Shown: positions 12,691-26,372, numbered from the stretch's first letter. The stretch: 64,000 nucleotides of DNA from Ginglymostoma cirratum (GCA_024137785.1 JAHRHZ010000032.1:4713674-4777673); one strand, 5' to 3'. Numbers and translations: made by a program. The notes: generated from the letters alone by a model not told the origin.

Positions 12691-13384
12691 CATTTTCCAG
12701 GTCAAGGGTCATCAAGTCCCATAGACCAATATTTCCTATTGATCACGAAAACTCCATTTGATCCTTTTTCAATTGAAAGTTTTAAAGTTCTTTCAAACTT
12801 TGTTCAATACAATTACAGATTTGATGGACCTTTTAAAATTACAAATCTTCCTTGTTTCTGGGCCAAGGATTGTCATACAATTTTATGCATTCTGGGGGCG
12901 CTTTATATAATTGGTTAAAGTTTCATTGATCAATAAGGAGTAATATGATAGATGATGATGTACTATTTATTGCTGCTTCCTGGTTTCTGCCCAATCCAGT
13001 TTCTCACTGACCTGCGAGAATGAGCAGAGGCCATGCAGAGCTCAAATCGTTGAAGAGGGAACAGCAGAAAGAGAAACAGCAGGAGGCTATAATTTCTCAC
13101 GACTTTTGCTCAGTAAAAGCAAAACATCTGAGATCCTTTTAGAGTTCAGATTTTCCAAGATTTTGGGTTACGTTTTGAAACACTCTACAAGATGAATCTG
13201 CTACTCATAAAAGGAAGTGCTGGCCAGCCAGCGATGCCCACGTCCCATGAGTGAATTAAATAAAATTGTTTACATGCATCTATTTTAGATGACCATTCAT
13301 ATAAACTCATAAAAAGCAAATTTCATCAGTTGAGGCTCCGGGAAGTTCCTACATAGCCAGAATGAAGTGCGATACTCTGCTGTA

Positions 13385-13510
13385 TTACTGGCTTAAGCCT
13401 TCACTTGTTACTATCTTGCTCATGCTGCAAAGATCCTCTGTAGCTGTTTGAAAGGAGCCTGCTTTTAAAAACCTGACGACCATGATGACCTTCACAATTA
13501 CTGCTCTGGT
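13385..13510 (-). mobile_element. PIF/Harbinger transposase remnant
   Basis: VIVKVIMVVRFLKAGSFQTATEDLCSMSK resembles the HARBI1-type motif LxFxAxGSFQ...GDLCGxSQ. Confidence 0.55.
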
Positions 13511-13664
13511 GCAGCTGCATAAGTGGACAGTTATCGAATGAATAGTGTATATTAGAAACATCATCCAATCCACAAGTCACAATGCACCTTTCTTTAAGTA
13601 GTGCAAGTCATTAATGATAATTTGGCCTCTCAGTGAACAGCACAGCACCCACATTGACATTAGA

Positions 13665-15118
13665 GAGTTCCAGGATTTTGTCCCAGTGACACCGGAGGAA
13701 TGGTTATATATTTCCAAGTTAGGATAGCAAGTGGCTTGGAAGGAAACATACAGGTGGTGGTGTTCCCATGTGTCTGCTGCCCTTGTCCTTTTAGGTGGTT
13801 GGGTTGTGGCTATGGAAGGTACTGCTCAAGGAGCCTTGGTGGATTTCTTAAGTACATGTTGTAAAAATATACTGCTACTGAAGGTCAGAGGTGGAGGGAG
13901 TGAATGTTTGAGGATTTGGTGTGAATTAAGCAAGCTGCTTTGTTCTGGATGGTATTAAACATCTAGAGGAATTTAAAAATCGCAACAACTGTGGATGCTG
14001 AAAATCAGAAACAAAAACAGAAGTTTCTGGAAAAGCTTAGCAGGTCTGGCAGCTTCTGTGGAGTGAAAGCACAGTTGATGTATTAGGTCCATTGACACTT
14101 CTTCAGACCATTCTGAGGAAGGGTTAACTCTGATTTCTCTCCACAGATGCTGCCATACATGCTGATCTTTTCCAGCAATTTCTGCTTTTGTTTCAAACAA
14201 CTTGAGTTTTATTGGCGCTTCACTCATCTAGACAAGTGGAGAATAATTCATTATCTTCCTTGACACGTGCCTTTTTAGGCTGTATGCAGACTTTGGGTGT
14301 CAGGACATGAGTTACTTAGCGCAAGATTCATAGCTTGTGACGTGCTCTTAGAGTCATATAGGTCTACAACATAGTAAAAATCCCTTCAGCTCTTCAAGTC
14401 TGCACCAGTCAAAAACATCCACCTAACTATTCTAATGCCATTTTTTAGCACTTGGCCTGTGTCCTTGTATGTTTTGGTATTGCAAGTGTAGCCTGCAGCA
14501 TTAACTTTTATAGTCCAGCTCAGTTTTTGGTCAATGGTGACCCTAGGCTGTTAACAGTGGGAGAACTTGTGATAGTAATGCCATTGAATGTCAAGGGACA
14601 ATGACTGAATTCTCTCTTCCAAGAGATGGTCCTTGCCTGGCATTTGTATAGCATGAATGTTACTTGTCAGCTCAAGGACTGAATGTTATCCAAGTCTTAC
14701 AACATTTTGACATGGACTTCTTCAGTATCTCAGGAGGTGGAAATAGTGCTGAATATCATTAGCAAACATCCCCACTTCAGATTTTATGATGGAAGGAAGG
14801 TCATTGAAGAAGCAACTGAAGATTGTTATGCCTATACACAATCCTGAGGAACCCCCTGCACAGATGCCCTGGAGACACAAAGATGACTGACCTCCAAACA
14901 TCACAACTACCTTCCTTTATGTCCGATATGACTCCAGTCAGCAGAGAGATTTCCCTTTGATTCTCATTGACTCAGATTTTGTCTTGATGTCAAGATCAGT
15001 CACTTTCACCTCCCCTCTGAAGTTCAGCTTTGTCGTCCATATTTGAACCAAGGCCGAAATGAGGTCTTGAGCTGAGCAACCCTAGTAGAACCCGAACTAA
15101 GCATCAATCAGTAAGTTG
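13665..15118 (-). mobile_element. Decayed CR1/L2-clade LINE (related copy at 52366-52790)
   Basis: IFSCFFNDLPSIIKSEVGMFAND; the related copy reads GVPQGSVLGPTIFSCIINELPS...FTDDC. Confidence 0.7.
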
Positions 15119-15851
15119 TTGCAAATTTCCTAAATGGGTAAATCCTCATCCTGAAGGTCTGCAAGCAATTAATCAAAATATGAACACAATATGAAATGCT
15201 TTGATAGAATTTTCAAAGATCACAGGAAACAACTATTGCTGTCATGAACATGTATGCAATGAAGAGTTAAGACAAAAGTTGACGTCAAACTGTCCAACAC
15301 AATTACTTTCTCATTTCCAAGACAATTCCATTCTTAGTTCAACTGTTGAAGTTGAGTTACCAAGTGTATCTGAAATACAAGCACAGGAAATCAGAATGTT
15401 TCCAGGAAACTGAGAGGTGAGAAAATAACACGCCAAATAAGGATGCAGAAAGAAATAAATGACAGAGTATACAAAAGTTTTGGCAGAAGAAAAGTATAAA
15501 TTCAACCAGTGTTTCCTTGGTATTTCAACTTTAATTTGTTTCAAGCAGGATATACTTTGTTTCAAAAAAAACTCACAAAGGTAATAAAATTACAGCAAAA
15601 CACATCCAAATAATCTGACAAGAGGTTAAAATGCCGAGTCTTATATGGAACATGAAGTAGGGAATGCTGCCCTTGAGGTCAGTGTACTCCAAATGATTTC
15701 TGTACCACAAACTACTGCTCCAGTTTCTAGCCCTTTTCTGAAGAAGGGTCCCAACCTAAAATGTCAACTTTCCTGCTCCTCTAATGCTGCCTGGCCTGCT
15801 GTGCTCCTCCAGCTCCATACGGCGTTGTCACTGCTCCAGTAGTAACTTGAG

Positions 15852-16190
15852 GAGGTGATGGTGTTGTGGTAAAGTCACTGCACGAGCAATCCAGACCCGA
15901 GGCCAATGTCCTGGGGACACAGATTTGAAATCTATTATGGAAGGTGGTGAATTGTGAATTTAATATTATCTGGAATTAAAAGTCAGCCAAATGTCAACCA
16001 TGTACTTACTGTCAGTTGTTGTAAAAACCCATATGGTTCAGTAATGTTCTTTAAGGAAGGAAATCTGCTCTTCTTACCTGATCTGGCTTACATATGACTC
16101 CAAACCTATAGCGATGTCATTGCCTATCAACTGCCCTCTGGGGCAACTAGGGATGGTCAATAATTGCTGACCTGAGCAGTGACACCTGAA
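15852..16190 (+). mobile_element. Deu-domain tRNA SINE, SacSINE1-like (other copies at about 37935-38250 and 40945-41235)
   Basis: tRNA-like head, then the conserved ctttaaggaaggaaatctgc...ctggcttacatatgactcca block, present in three copies. Confidence 0.65.
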
Positions 16191-16577
16191 TGAAATGAAC
16201 TCCACACAGGCAGTCACCCAGGGCTGGAATTGAATCCAGATCCCTGGTACTGTGGAGCAACATTATGCCACCTAATTTTGTTCTTTGCCTATTTCACCAA
16301 TTTGCCAATTCTAAACTTCTGCTTCTTAAGATACCCAATAAACTATTTGAAAATTGCTGAAAATTTCATCGGAGGCAGTTCAAAGAAGGTTCATCAGATC
16401 AGTTCCAGAGATGAAAGGCTTGCCTCATAAGGAGACATTGACCAATTTAGGCTATACTCTCTAAATTTTAGAAGGATGAAAGAAGAACTGGTTCAGGTGT
16501 ATAAGATGATAAAGGGGTTTGACAAAGTAGAGGTAGAGTGGATGTTTCCCACACTGGAACAATCAAGAATGAGAGGT

Positions 16578-19500
16578 AACAAGGTGTAAAGCTGGATGAA
16601 CACAGCAGGCCAAGCAGCATCAGAGGAGCAGGAAAGCTGACGTTTCAGGTCTAGACCCTTCTTCAGAAATGGGGGAGGGGAAAGGGATTCTGAAATAAAT
16701 AGGGAGAGAGGGGGAGGCGGATAGAAGATGGATAAAGGAGAAGATAGGTGGACAGGAGACAGACAGGTCAAAGAGGCGGGGTTGCAGCCAGTAAAGGTGA
16801 GTGTAGGTGGGGAGTTAAAGAGGGGATAGGTCATTCCAGAGAGGACGGACAGGTCAAGGAGGCAGGATGAGGCAAGTAGGTAGGAGAGGGGATGGGGCTT
16901 GAGGTGGGAGGAGTGGATAGGTGGGAGGACAGTTTAGGGAGATGTGGACCAGCTGGGCTGGTTTTGGGATGTGGTCGGGGGAGGGGAGATTTTGATGCTT
17001 GCGAAGTCCACATTGATACAATTGGGCTGCAGGGTTCCCAAGCAAAATATGAGATGCTGTTCCTGCAACCTTCGGGTGTCATCGTTGTGGCACTGCAGGA
17101 GGCCCAGGATGGACATGTCGTCCAAGGAATGGGAGAGGGAGTTGAAATGGTTCGCGACTGGGAGGTGCAGTTGTTTGTTGCGAACCGAGCATAGGTGTTC
17201 AACAAAGTGGTCCCCAAGCCTCCACTTGGTTTCCCTGATGTAGAGGAGGCCACAGTGGGAACAGCGGATACAGTATACCACATTAGCAGATGTGCAGGTG
17301 AACATCAGTTTGATGTGGAAGGACTTGTTAGGGACTGGGATGGGGGTGATGGGGGGAGGTGTAGGGGCAGGTGTAGCACTTCCTGTGGTTTCAGGGAAAA
17401 GTGCTGCGTGTGGGAAAAGTGGGGCTGGTGGGAAGTGTGGAGCAGACAAGGGAGTCACGGAGAGAGTGGTCCCTCCGGAAGGCAGATAATGGTGGGGAGG
17501 GAAAAATGTCTTTGGTAGTGGGGTCGGCTTGCAGATGGCAGAAGTGTCAGAGGATGATGCGTTGGATCCAGATGTTGGTGGGGTGGTACGTGAGGACGAG
17601 GGGCATTCTGTTTTGGTTGTTATTGCAGGGAGGGGGTGTGAGGGATAAGTTGCGGGAAATGCGAGAGACACGGTCAAGGGAGCTTTCGACCACTGTGGAG
17701 GGGATGTTGCGGTCCTTGAAAAACGAGGACATCTGGGATGTCTGGGGGTGGAATGCCTCATCTCTGGAGCAGATGCGGCAGAGGCAAAGGAATTGGGAAT
17801 AAGGGATGGCCTTTTTGCAGGAAGGTGGGTGAGAGAAGGTGTATTCTAGATAGCTGTGGGAGTCGGTAGGCTTGAAATGGATATCGGTTTCCAAATGGTT
17901 GCCAGAGATGTAAACAGAGATGTCCAGGAAGGGGAGAGAGTTATCAGAGATGGTCCAGGTGAACTTAAGGTTGGGGTGGAGGTGTTGGTGAAGTGGACGA
18001 ACTGATCGAGCTCCTCATGGGAGCTCGAGGTGGCACCGAAACAGTCATCGATGTAATGGAGGAAGAGGGTGGGAATAGGGCCAGTGTAGCATCGGAAGGT
18101 TGTTCCATGTATCCTACAAAGAGGCAGACATAGCTTGGGCCCATGCGGGTACCCAAGGCCACCCCCTTTGTCCCACGGGCCCGACCAGTCCCCCTCCACT
18201 GACACCCTTATCCGCTTAGCTGAACTCGTCCTCACCCTTAACAACTTCTCCTTCAATTCCTCCCACTTCCTACAGACACAGGAGGTGGCCATGGGTACCC
18301 GCATGGGCCCAAGCTATGCCTGCCTCTTTGTAGGAGACATGGAACAATCCCTCTTCCAAAGCTACACTGGCCCTAAACCCCACCTCTTCCTCCATTACAT
18401 CGATGACTGTATCGGCGCTGCCTTGTGCTCCCACGAGGAACTCAAACAGTTCATCCACTTCACTAACACCTTCCACCCCAACCTTAAGTTTACCCAGACC
18501 ATCTCCAAGACCTCCCTCCCCTTCCTGGACCTCTCTGTTTCCATATCTGACAACCACCTGAAAACCGATATCCATTTCAAATCTACCAACTCCCACTGCT
18601 ACCCAGAATACACCTCCTCTCACCCACCCTCCAGCATAAAGGCCATCCCTTATTCCCAATTCCTTCGCCCCCGCCACATCTGCTCCCGAGATGAGGCATT
18701 CCACTCCCGGACATCCCAGGTGTCCTCGTTTTTCAAGGACCGCAGCTTCCCCTCCACAGTGGTCGAAAACGCCCTTGACCGTGTCTCTCGCATTTCCCAC
18801 AACTCATCACTCACAACCCTCCCCGCAATAACAACCAAAACAGAATCCCCCTTGTCCTCACATACCACCCCACCAACCTCCGGATCCAACGCATCTTCCT
18901 CTGACATTTCCGCCATCTGCAATCTGACCCCACTACCAAAGACATTTTTCCCTTCCCACCCTTATCTGCTTTCTGGAGGGACCACTCTCTCCATGACTCC
19001 CCTGTCTGCTCCACACTCCCCACCTGCCCCACCACACGCAGCACTTTTCCCTGCAACCGCAGGAAGTGCTACACCGGCCCCTACACCTCCCCCATTACCC
19101 CCATCCCAGGCCCTAGGAAGACCTTCCACATCAAACAGATGTTCACCTGCACATCTGCTAATGTGGTATACTGTAACCACTGTTCCCTTTGTGGCCTACT
19201 CTACATCAGGGAAACCAAGTGGAGGCTTGGGGGCCACTTTATGGAACACCTATGCTCGGTTCGCAACAAACAACTGCACCTCCCAATCGTGAACCATTTC
19301 AACTCTCTCTCTCACTCCTTGGACGACATGTCCATCCTGGGCTTCCTGCAGTGCCACAACAATGACACCCGAAGGTTGCAGGAACAGCATCTCATATTTC
19401 GCTTGGGAACCCTGCAGCCCAATTGTATCAACGTGGACTTCACAAGCTTCAAAATCTCCCCTCCCCGACCGCATCCCAAAACCAGCCCAGCTGGTCCCCG

Positions 19501-19902
19501 CCTCCCTAAACTGTCCTCCCACCTATCCCCTCCTCCCACCTCAAGCCCCACCCCCATCTCCTACCTCCTCGCCTCATCCCGCTCCCTTGACCTGCCCGTC
19601 CTCCCTGGACCGACCTATCCCCTCCCTACCTCCCCACCTACACTCATCTTTACTGGCTCCAACCCCGCCTCTTTGACCTGTCTGTCTCCTGTCCACCTAT
19701 CTTCTCCTTTATCCATCTTCTATCTGCCTCCCCCTCTCTCCCTATCTATTTCAGAATCCCCTTCCCCTCCCCCATTTCTGAAGGAGGGTCTAAACCCAAA
19801 ACGTCAGCTTTCCTGCTCCTCTGATGCTGCTTGGCCTGTTGTGTTCATCCAGCTCTACACCTTGTTATCTCAGATTCTCCAGCATCAGCAGATCCTACTA
19901 TC
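16578..19902. mobile_element. Fold-back Penelope-like insertion (minus arm about 16578-18168, plus arm about 18169-19902)
   Basis: Both arms encode the RT C-terminal half and GIY-YIG. 15-bp TSD tcaagaatgagaggt at 16563-16577 and 19903-19917, inside a CR1 3' fragment. Confidence 0.92.
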
Positions 19903-20898
19903 TCAAGAATGAGAGGTCATCGCTTTAGGTTAAGCAGTGGCAAATTTAGAACAAAGATGAGGAAGAATTGCTTCAGTCAAAGTTTCATGAATCTGTGAAA
20001 TTCATTACGTAAGAACATACATAGGGACATACATAGGAATTAGGCGTGGAAGGAGGCATTTCAGACCTTCACGTCCATTCTGCCATTTAACATGACCTAA
20101 TCCTGCTCTCAATTCCACTTTTCTGTTTGCTCCCCATACCTCTTTATACTGTTTTTAATCAGAAACATATTGATTTCCTTCTTGAATCTGTTGGTTGATT
20201 CTGCCTCCACTACACTCTGGTGCAGTGAGTTCCACAGATTCATAACCTTCCGAGAGAAATAGTTTCTCCTCATCTCAGCTTTACTCTAGCGTGCAGTGGA
20301 TGTCAGGACACTGAATAAATGGAAGGAGCAGACAGACCGATTTTTAATTAGTAACAGGTTAAAGGGTTACGGGAAGTAGGCAGGAAGGTTAAGGCCGAGA
20401 TGAGATCAGCCATGATCATACTAAATGGCGGAGCAGGCTCAAAGGGATGAATCACATATTGCAGCTTCTGGCTCTTATGTTTTATGACTGCCTGTATTAG
20501 GTAATTGTGTTCAGTGTGAAATAGCGCTGCACATCTTGTGTCTGGAAAACCTTTACAGTCTGTATAAAAAACAGAAGAATTATTCAGAGAAGGCATTTGA
20601 AGACTTTAATATTAACATTGCTTTTGATTTATAAATCTGGAGGAGGTTCTCCATCATCTGGACGAATCATGGTGTTCCCATCTGAAACAAAAAGGAAATG
20701 TAATGACATATAACTATTGCTGCTGATTACAATTTCATATGATGTGTTAGTGTGTAAAACCAGTCCTATCATGGAAAAGTCCCACATTGTCGAAGACAAC
20801 CAAAGATCCAAGCTAGTTTTGGCTTAACACTCTGTATAACTCAAGAAAAAAAATGAAGATAACGGAAAGAATAAACACTTCATGAGCTTCCTGATATC

Positions 20899-21136
20899 TT
20901 AGCAAAGGCAATGGGGCAAAAAGCAAAGAGAGAAGAAGACTGCTGTTAGCAAATAGATAGACAATCACTTCGAGCCACGGAGCACAGTTTCATCTATCCC
21001 ATTATCCAATCTGTGGTCCGTGTACTGCTCTGAGCAAAGTGCCCCCATCATCCATGAAGATTAGTGTTGCTATTAGTATTTTTAGTAGCATTGCCCAATC
21101 CAGTATTCCCATTTGGTACCAGTCAAACATTTTCAC
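20899..21136 (-). pseudogene. Possible stalk and C-terminal hydrophobic-tail exon of the B7-like pseudogene
   Basis: Acceptor cataacag; Asn/Thr-rich NGNTGLGNATKNTNSNTN, then after a frameshift ETVLRGSK*LSIYLLTAVFFSLCFLPHCLC*. Confidence 0.4.
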
Positions 21137-21461
21137 CTGTTATGTGTTGTGTATCTTTTTCTACTTATTTATATCATATCTAAATTATTGATTCTTAAGA
21201 AACTTAAATTCAACTGCCTAAAAATTGCTTATGAATTCTTAACCACTTATTTTGGATAATCTGCGAATTACAAACCCTAAATCTGACAAAACTCAATTCA
21301 ATTATAAACAGATCCAAATTTAGAAATGTTCTTTTTTCATTTTCCAAGGTCATGTTATTGGTGTGCGTCTCCTCTACCTAACAGATTTTTTATTTAACAC
21401 AACTTTTATAATGGTTTGTTGTTACCTTTAGTATCAATAATGATCTCAGAAATAAACTCAC

Positions 21462-21680
21462 CTGTGAATATGACTCAAGCACGCTTGGACTTTGCCATCC
21501 ATCTGTGCCATATGGAACAGATATATTGATTTTTGGAGTCATGCTTTTGTATCAGGTCATGGTCCACTGCTACTTGATATGATTTGTGGAATTAACTTCA
21601 ACCACCTTTACCAGTACATCATTCTAGATCCTAGCAACAGGATTTTATTAATCAAATATTTGAAAATATTCTCTGCACTT
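21462..21680 (-). pseudogene. B7-like IgC exon remnant, internally deleted
   Basis: Acceptor tttttgtgcag; 3' end reads KHDSKNQYICSIWHRWMAKSKRA*VIFT|gtgagt; homologous to the 3' part of the 34-kb exon. Confidence 0.65.
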
Positions 21681-24600
21681 CTGCACAAAAATAAATGATT
21701 TTGAATCTGATTTCCGGTTACTGACTCACTCACTAAATAGAGTAGGTCAAAAAAGAAACTGTTCTATTATAACCTCTGATCATCTTGAAAATCCTGATTA
21801 AACCACCCTTTTCCCTTCTCATAACTTTTCAACATCTCCCCAAAACTGAAATTATATATTCCTGACAGCATCTGCATTTTCTAAAGGCTTCATTTGCTGA
21901 CACCAAAGAGCATGCACAGTTTACTCCAGGAAGATGTTTATACATGGGCTAGTGCATGAAACTTATTGAGAAATGTCTTTGTCACTGGGCTGGTTGTCAA
22001 TATGAAAAAGGCTGGATCCACAGATGGTGTCTGTGACTCTTTGCTTTAACTTCTTCTGCATTTTGGCTGGCTTCTTACCTTTCAATATCTATACCATTTC
22101 AATAATTTTCAGACTTTAGTAATATTTTTGAATATTTTTTGAATATATAGTTTTAATTATTTTCATCTTTAAAGATCAGGTGGGGTGAAAAGATCAAGCA
22201 TCGTGGGACAGAAAGAAAAGTGGTGGGGAAAGAGATCAGATGGGGCCCATTTTCCCCTACTCGCAGACCCAAAACTCCCAGCAGACCTATCCATTCTCTC
22301 TCTCCCTCCTCCTCCCACTCAGGTTCTTTCTCTCCATACTCTTGTCCCCATCTATTCCTGCACACTGTCAATTTGAGCTCTTCTGATGCCCCACAGCCTT
22401 GTCAGTTCTCTGCCCATTCGATTCTCATTTCAAGCCCATATCATTTCTGCACACATGCACAATGTGAACTTGCATGAATGATGCAAAAACGTTAACATAC
22501 AGGAACTGTGCATATGCACATTACCATATGAATGCATATGTACAGTCACCTCAAATTTCCAGCGTCACCAAACATTACAGCTAATTAAAGCATACTGCCT
22601 TTCCAGACTGTACCTCCCCACAGCTCTTCACACTTTGTCAAACTGAACTTTATCTGTCATGTTCCTGCCTATTTTACCATGATGTCTACGTCATTCTGAA
22701 ACCTAGAACCACCCTAATTTATAGGCAATGTTTAATACCATCTTCAAACTTTATAATGCTACCCCCCAGCTAGAATATAGGCTGGTGAGAAACAGACAGC
22801 AGTGGACAGTGACACAGTTGGTAGTGCTAATATCTGAATCAAAATCATGTGGATTTTTTGCTCCAATTCAGAGATTTTAACACTCCAGTGTAGGACAGGT
22901 TATTCAATGAACCTTAAAAATTGTCATAAGCCTTCATTCATTTCCCTTGATATCCTTAATGCATTAACTTTGAATGTTCTATCCTTTCTCTTCAAAGATG
23001 GATGTTTAGTTTGTAGCTAATTGATCTTTTCCCTGAATAAGCTCCATATTTATTATTAAATTGATACAAGGTCCAGATGAGACAAGCCCTTTGTAAACAT
23101 TGTCATGTTGATGTTCTGTTATCTCAATGAATATTGTTATGATACCAAATTAGGCAGCTAACTTCATGTTATGATGTGGTTAGAGTCCAATAACCTTTTA
23201 GGTATATGAAAGATGAGATCTTGAGGACTTATTAAGAGAAAAATGTCAAAAGATTCCAGATTTTGGACAAACGATAACACTTTTCTGTATAAGATATAAC
23301 ATTAATACAAAGTGCAATACATGCGCAACTTAGTACCTAGAATTAACAGTGATAAGCACGGGTAGTATACTGTGACGGAACACACCACAGTGAGCATGGA
23401 ATGTATTCAGGTCAGATCCCACGGATTTCTCAGCAACTCCACACCAGATATAAATGACGTGGTGGGTCTTCAAATCTCTTCCAATCCAGCCTTAAAAATC
23501 CTTTCCAAGAGCCAAATCCAACAGATTCCGGTTCAAAGTCTGCTCATGTTCTAATCACTCACTTCTTGTGTGCTTTTCAACCCCCTACTCTCAGCTTTAC
23601 AGCCCTACTTGCAGCACTCTGTGTCCTATGAGCCACCAAAACTTCCAGGATTTTTTCCTAAGCCCCTACTACAATGCCTCAGCTGCTTAACAAGTCATTC
23701 AACTTGGGCTGAGTTCCAACACCGTGAAGATAGCAAACTGTTGTTGACATCTTCTCACCATTTCCTCCACAGGACAACTATGAAAATCAGTTGTCTTTCA
23801 CACATAGTAGAGCTAAATATCAGCACTTCTGACATGGAATCTACTCTGGCTCTTGCATATACATATAGACCTTCAGTAACTGCCGCAGAGCAAATTTTAG
23901 AATTTTGTGCACTCTAGATATTACAGTTCATAGAATTCTGGCTTAATACATAAAAAAGGATATTACTCATAAATTTCATCACAACGTCTTGTTTTCTTGA
24001 AATTTTCCAATGATGTTTATAAATGAATATATGTGCAATATTACAATTTCTTTTCATTTCATTCCAAGAACACCACTGGCAAATGCACCCTTTTCCTCTG
24101 CCGGAGGTTTTCAATTCACCTGAACACAGTGTGGAGAAGAACCTGATAGGGAGAATGACCAATCTTTGACAGAGCTATTGATCATAAATGGGATAAGCAA
24201 CTAATGTGTGACCCTCACAACTTTGCCTACCTCTCCATGAACTGCCACAAAAACCAGAACAACTAAATGCAGACACAGGACAGCCTTCACCAGTTAATAC
24301 CGGCAGTATCAGTGGTGGTCACTTTAGAATGACAAAGAGCTGAAGCTCAGAACAATTCTGTTTTGCTACACTCACCAGCTCAGAAAAACAGGCAGTTCAA
24401 CAAATTCACTGTAGCCGATTTTCAACTTCCATTTGGCATGTGTTTGAAGATCAACTAGCAGCTGAAAACCAGGAGCATGGTATGTTCGATTCCAATCCCA
24501 TATTCTACATGCAAATCTTGCCACACTCAATTTGCAGGCTCCTTGAATGTTTGTTGGACTCTGTTTACAATTTTCAGGAGCAGGTAGGTGATCTCCGTCC

Positions 24601-25066
24601 CATGCATACTCAGGCCATTTATTCCATGCAGTGGATAGTCTAACTAACTATTCTGAAAGTGATAATGAAAGCACAGGCCTAGGATTTTTTTTGGGATCAG
24701 TGCTTTTATTCCAAAAAAGCTCCCATTACATTTTTACAGTACTGTCATTCTAATCTGATCTGCTGACTTTCCATTTTGTCAATCTCCTCTATTATCTAAT
24801 TGTCCTCCATGGTGCCTTTGAAGTTCAAATATTTTTGTTTCTTTAACATCTGGCTAACATAATCCTTTATACAGATGACCAGTTCCCAGCTTTTCAATGC
24901 AAATCACTGGCTTTTATTAACAATGCTTCTCCACCCACACTACCACTGCCCCCCTCCCACCCACCCACCCATCTCCGGAAAGGACATCAGGAATTTAGAT
25001 TCATCAATAGTTCAGAATTGTGTTATTGTTCAAATCACTACCTATGCACAGGGTAAAATTTCCTTT

Positions 25067-25100
25067 CTGAGGAAGGGTCACCGGACCCGAAACGTTAACT
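25067..25100 (+). ncRNA. Minimal hammerhead ribozyme core, second PLE-derived family
   Basis: CUGAGGA-A-GGGUC accg GACCC-GAAAC-GUU-AACU; perfect 5-bp stem II. Confidence 0.7.
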
Positions 25101-25643
25101 CTGTTTTCTCCTTCACAGGTGCTGCCAGACCTGCTGAGCTTTTCCAGCAACTTTGTTTTTGTTCCGTAGAATTTGACAAATTGCATCATCGAGGCCAACC
25201 AGTCAAATTTTGTCAGACGTCTCTTGATCCCCCCACTGTAGCTTAAATTTAAAACCCTGCAGAAATTGCACAATCACTGACCCTTCTGCAAGATCACATC
25301 CAACACATCAGACCTGATGCACCATTTAATGAGATAATGGCTCATCTAATGATAGTTTTAACTGCACTTTCCTTCACGTCCCCCATTCCCTTGACATGTG
25401 TAAATCAAGAAATCTGTCCAACTCAGCCTCAATACTTTCAATGACTTCATTGCTCTGTCAAGAAAGAATTCCACAGACTAATGAGACTAACAGACTAACA
25501 TCTCTGAGAGATGAAATTCTTCCTCATCCCTATATCAAAACTAACCAGTCAGAGATCCATTATTTTTAAACAGTTAAGGCTGCCAGGAACAGCCTCACAG
25601 GGTAGTTGAGATGTATGCCATAAAGTGACTTTCAAATGGACTT

Positions 25644-25818
25644 GAGATAAAAGGTACTGCAGATGCTGGAGAATCCGAGATAACAAGTTCCTTAGAAGAG
25701 GCTTCGCAGTGGGGTTAAAATTGTATCAGAGATGAAGGGTTTAGGCCCGAAACGTCAAGTTTTCCTGCTCCTATGATGCTGCTTGACCTGCTGTGTTCAT
25801 CCAGCCCCATGCTTGTTA
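25644..25818. mobile_element. Short rearranged PLE insertion, same subfamily as 3575-3804
   Basis: Shares the diagnostic tttaggccc, gcttgacctg and ccccatgcttg variants; TSD tttcaaatggactt at 25630-25643 and 25819-25832. Confidence 0.85.
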
Positions 25819-26372
25819 TTTCAAATGGACTTTTCTGTTTTACTGAAAGTTTCTAAATGTAAGTTTACGTGAAAAACTAGTATCACAGAGTCCCTCAAGG
25901 CTATGCTAATATTACCACTCTGAAAATAACAGTTTATCCTATTCTAGACTTCTCCAACAAAGGTGAGACAATCTCTCAGTATCCACCCTGTCAACCTGCC
26001 TTAGAATTTTGTATGTTTCAGTAAGATTAGCTCTCATTATCCTGTACTCTAATGATATCAGCCCACTTTAGGAGATCAGGACAATCCTTCAGTAACTAAG
26101 AAATCATATTTACATGATAACAAGATGTAGAGCTGGATGAACACAGCAGGCCAAGCAGCATCATAGGAGCAGGAACATTGTTGCTTAGTTTGGCTATCCT
26201 GATGAGAAGCCATTATTATTATCTTTCCGTAGAAAAGAACTTTGCTCATTACTACAAGAAGTGAAAACTGTCCTTCCCTTTGTTATCATTGAAAATCTTC
26301 GCAATAATTTCTTTAATTATTTCATAAACAAATGATTCTAATTGCAGACAGAGAGCAGAACAGTTGATACAC

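Noticed and set aside
15311-15565. TM-like ORF (RKHWLNLYFSSAKTFVYSVIYFFL...)
   Set aside because: Weak acceptor, no donor, interrupted hydrophobic run and no linked exon.
15852-15945. tRNA-like sequence
   Set aside because: It is the degenerate head of a SINE, not a full cloverleaf.
21475-21477. Conserved TGA as a selenocysteine codon
   Set aside because: The position is not a Cys site, the exons carry other disabling lesions, and no SECIS was recognised.
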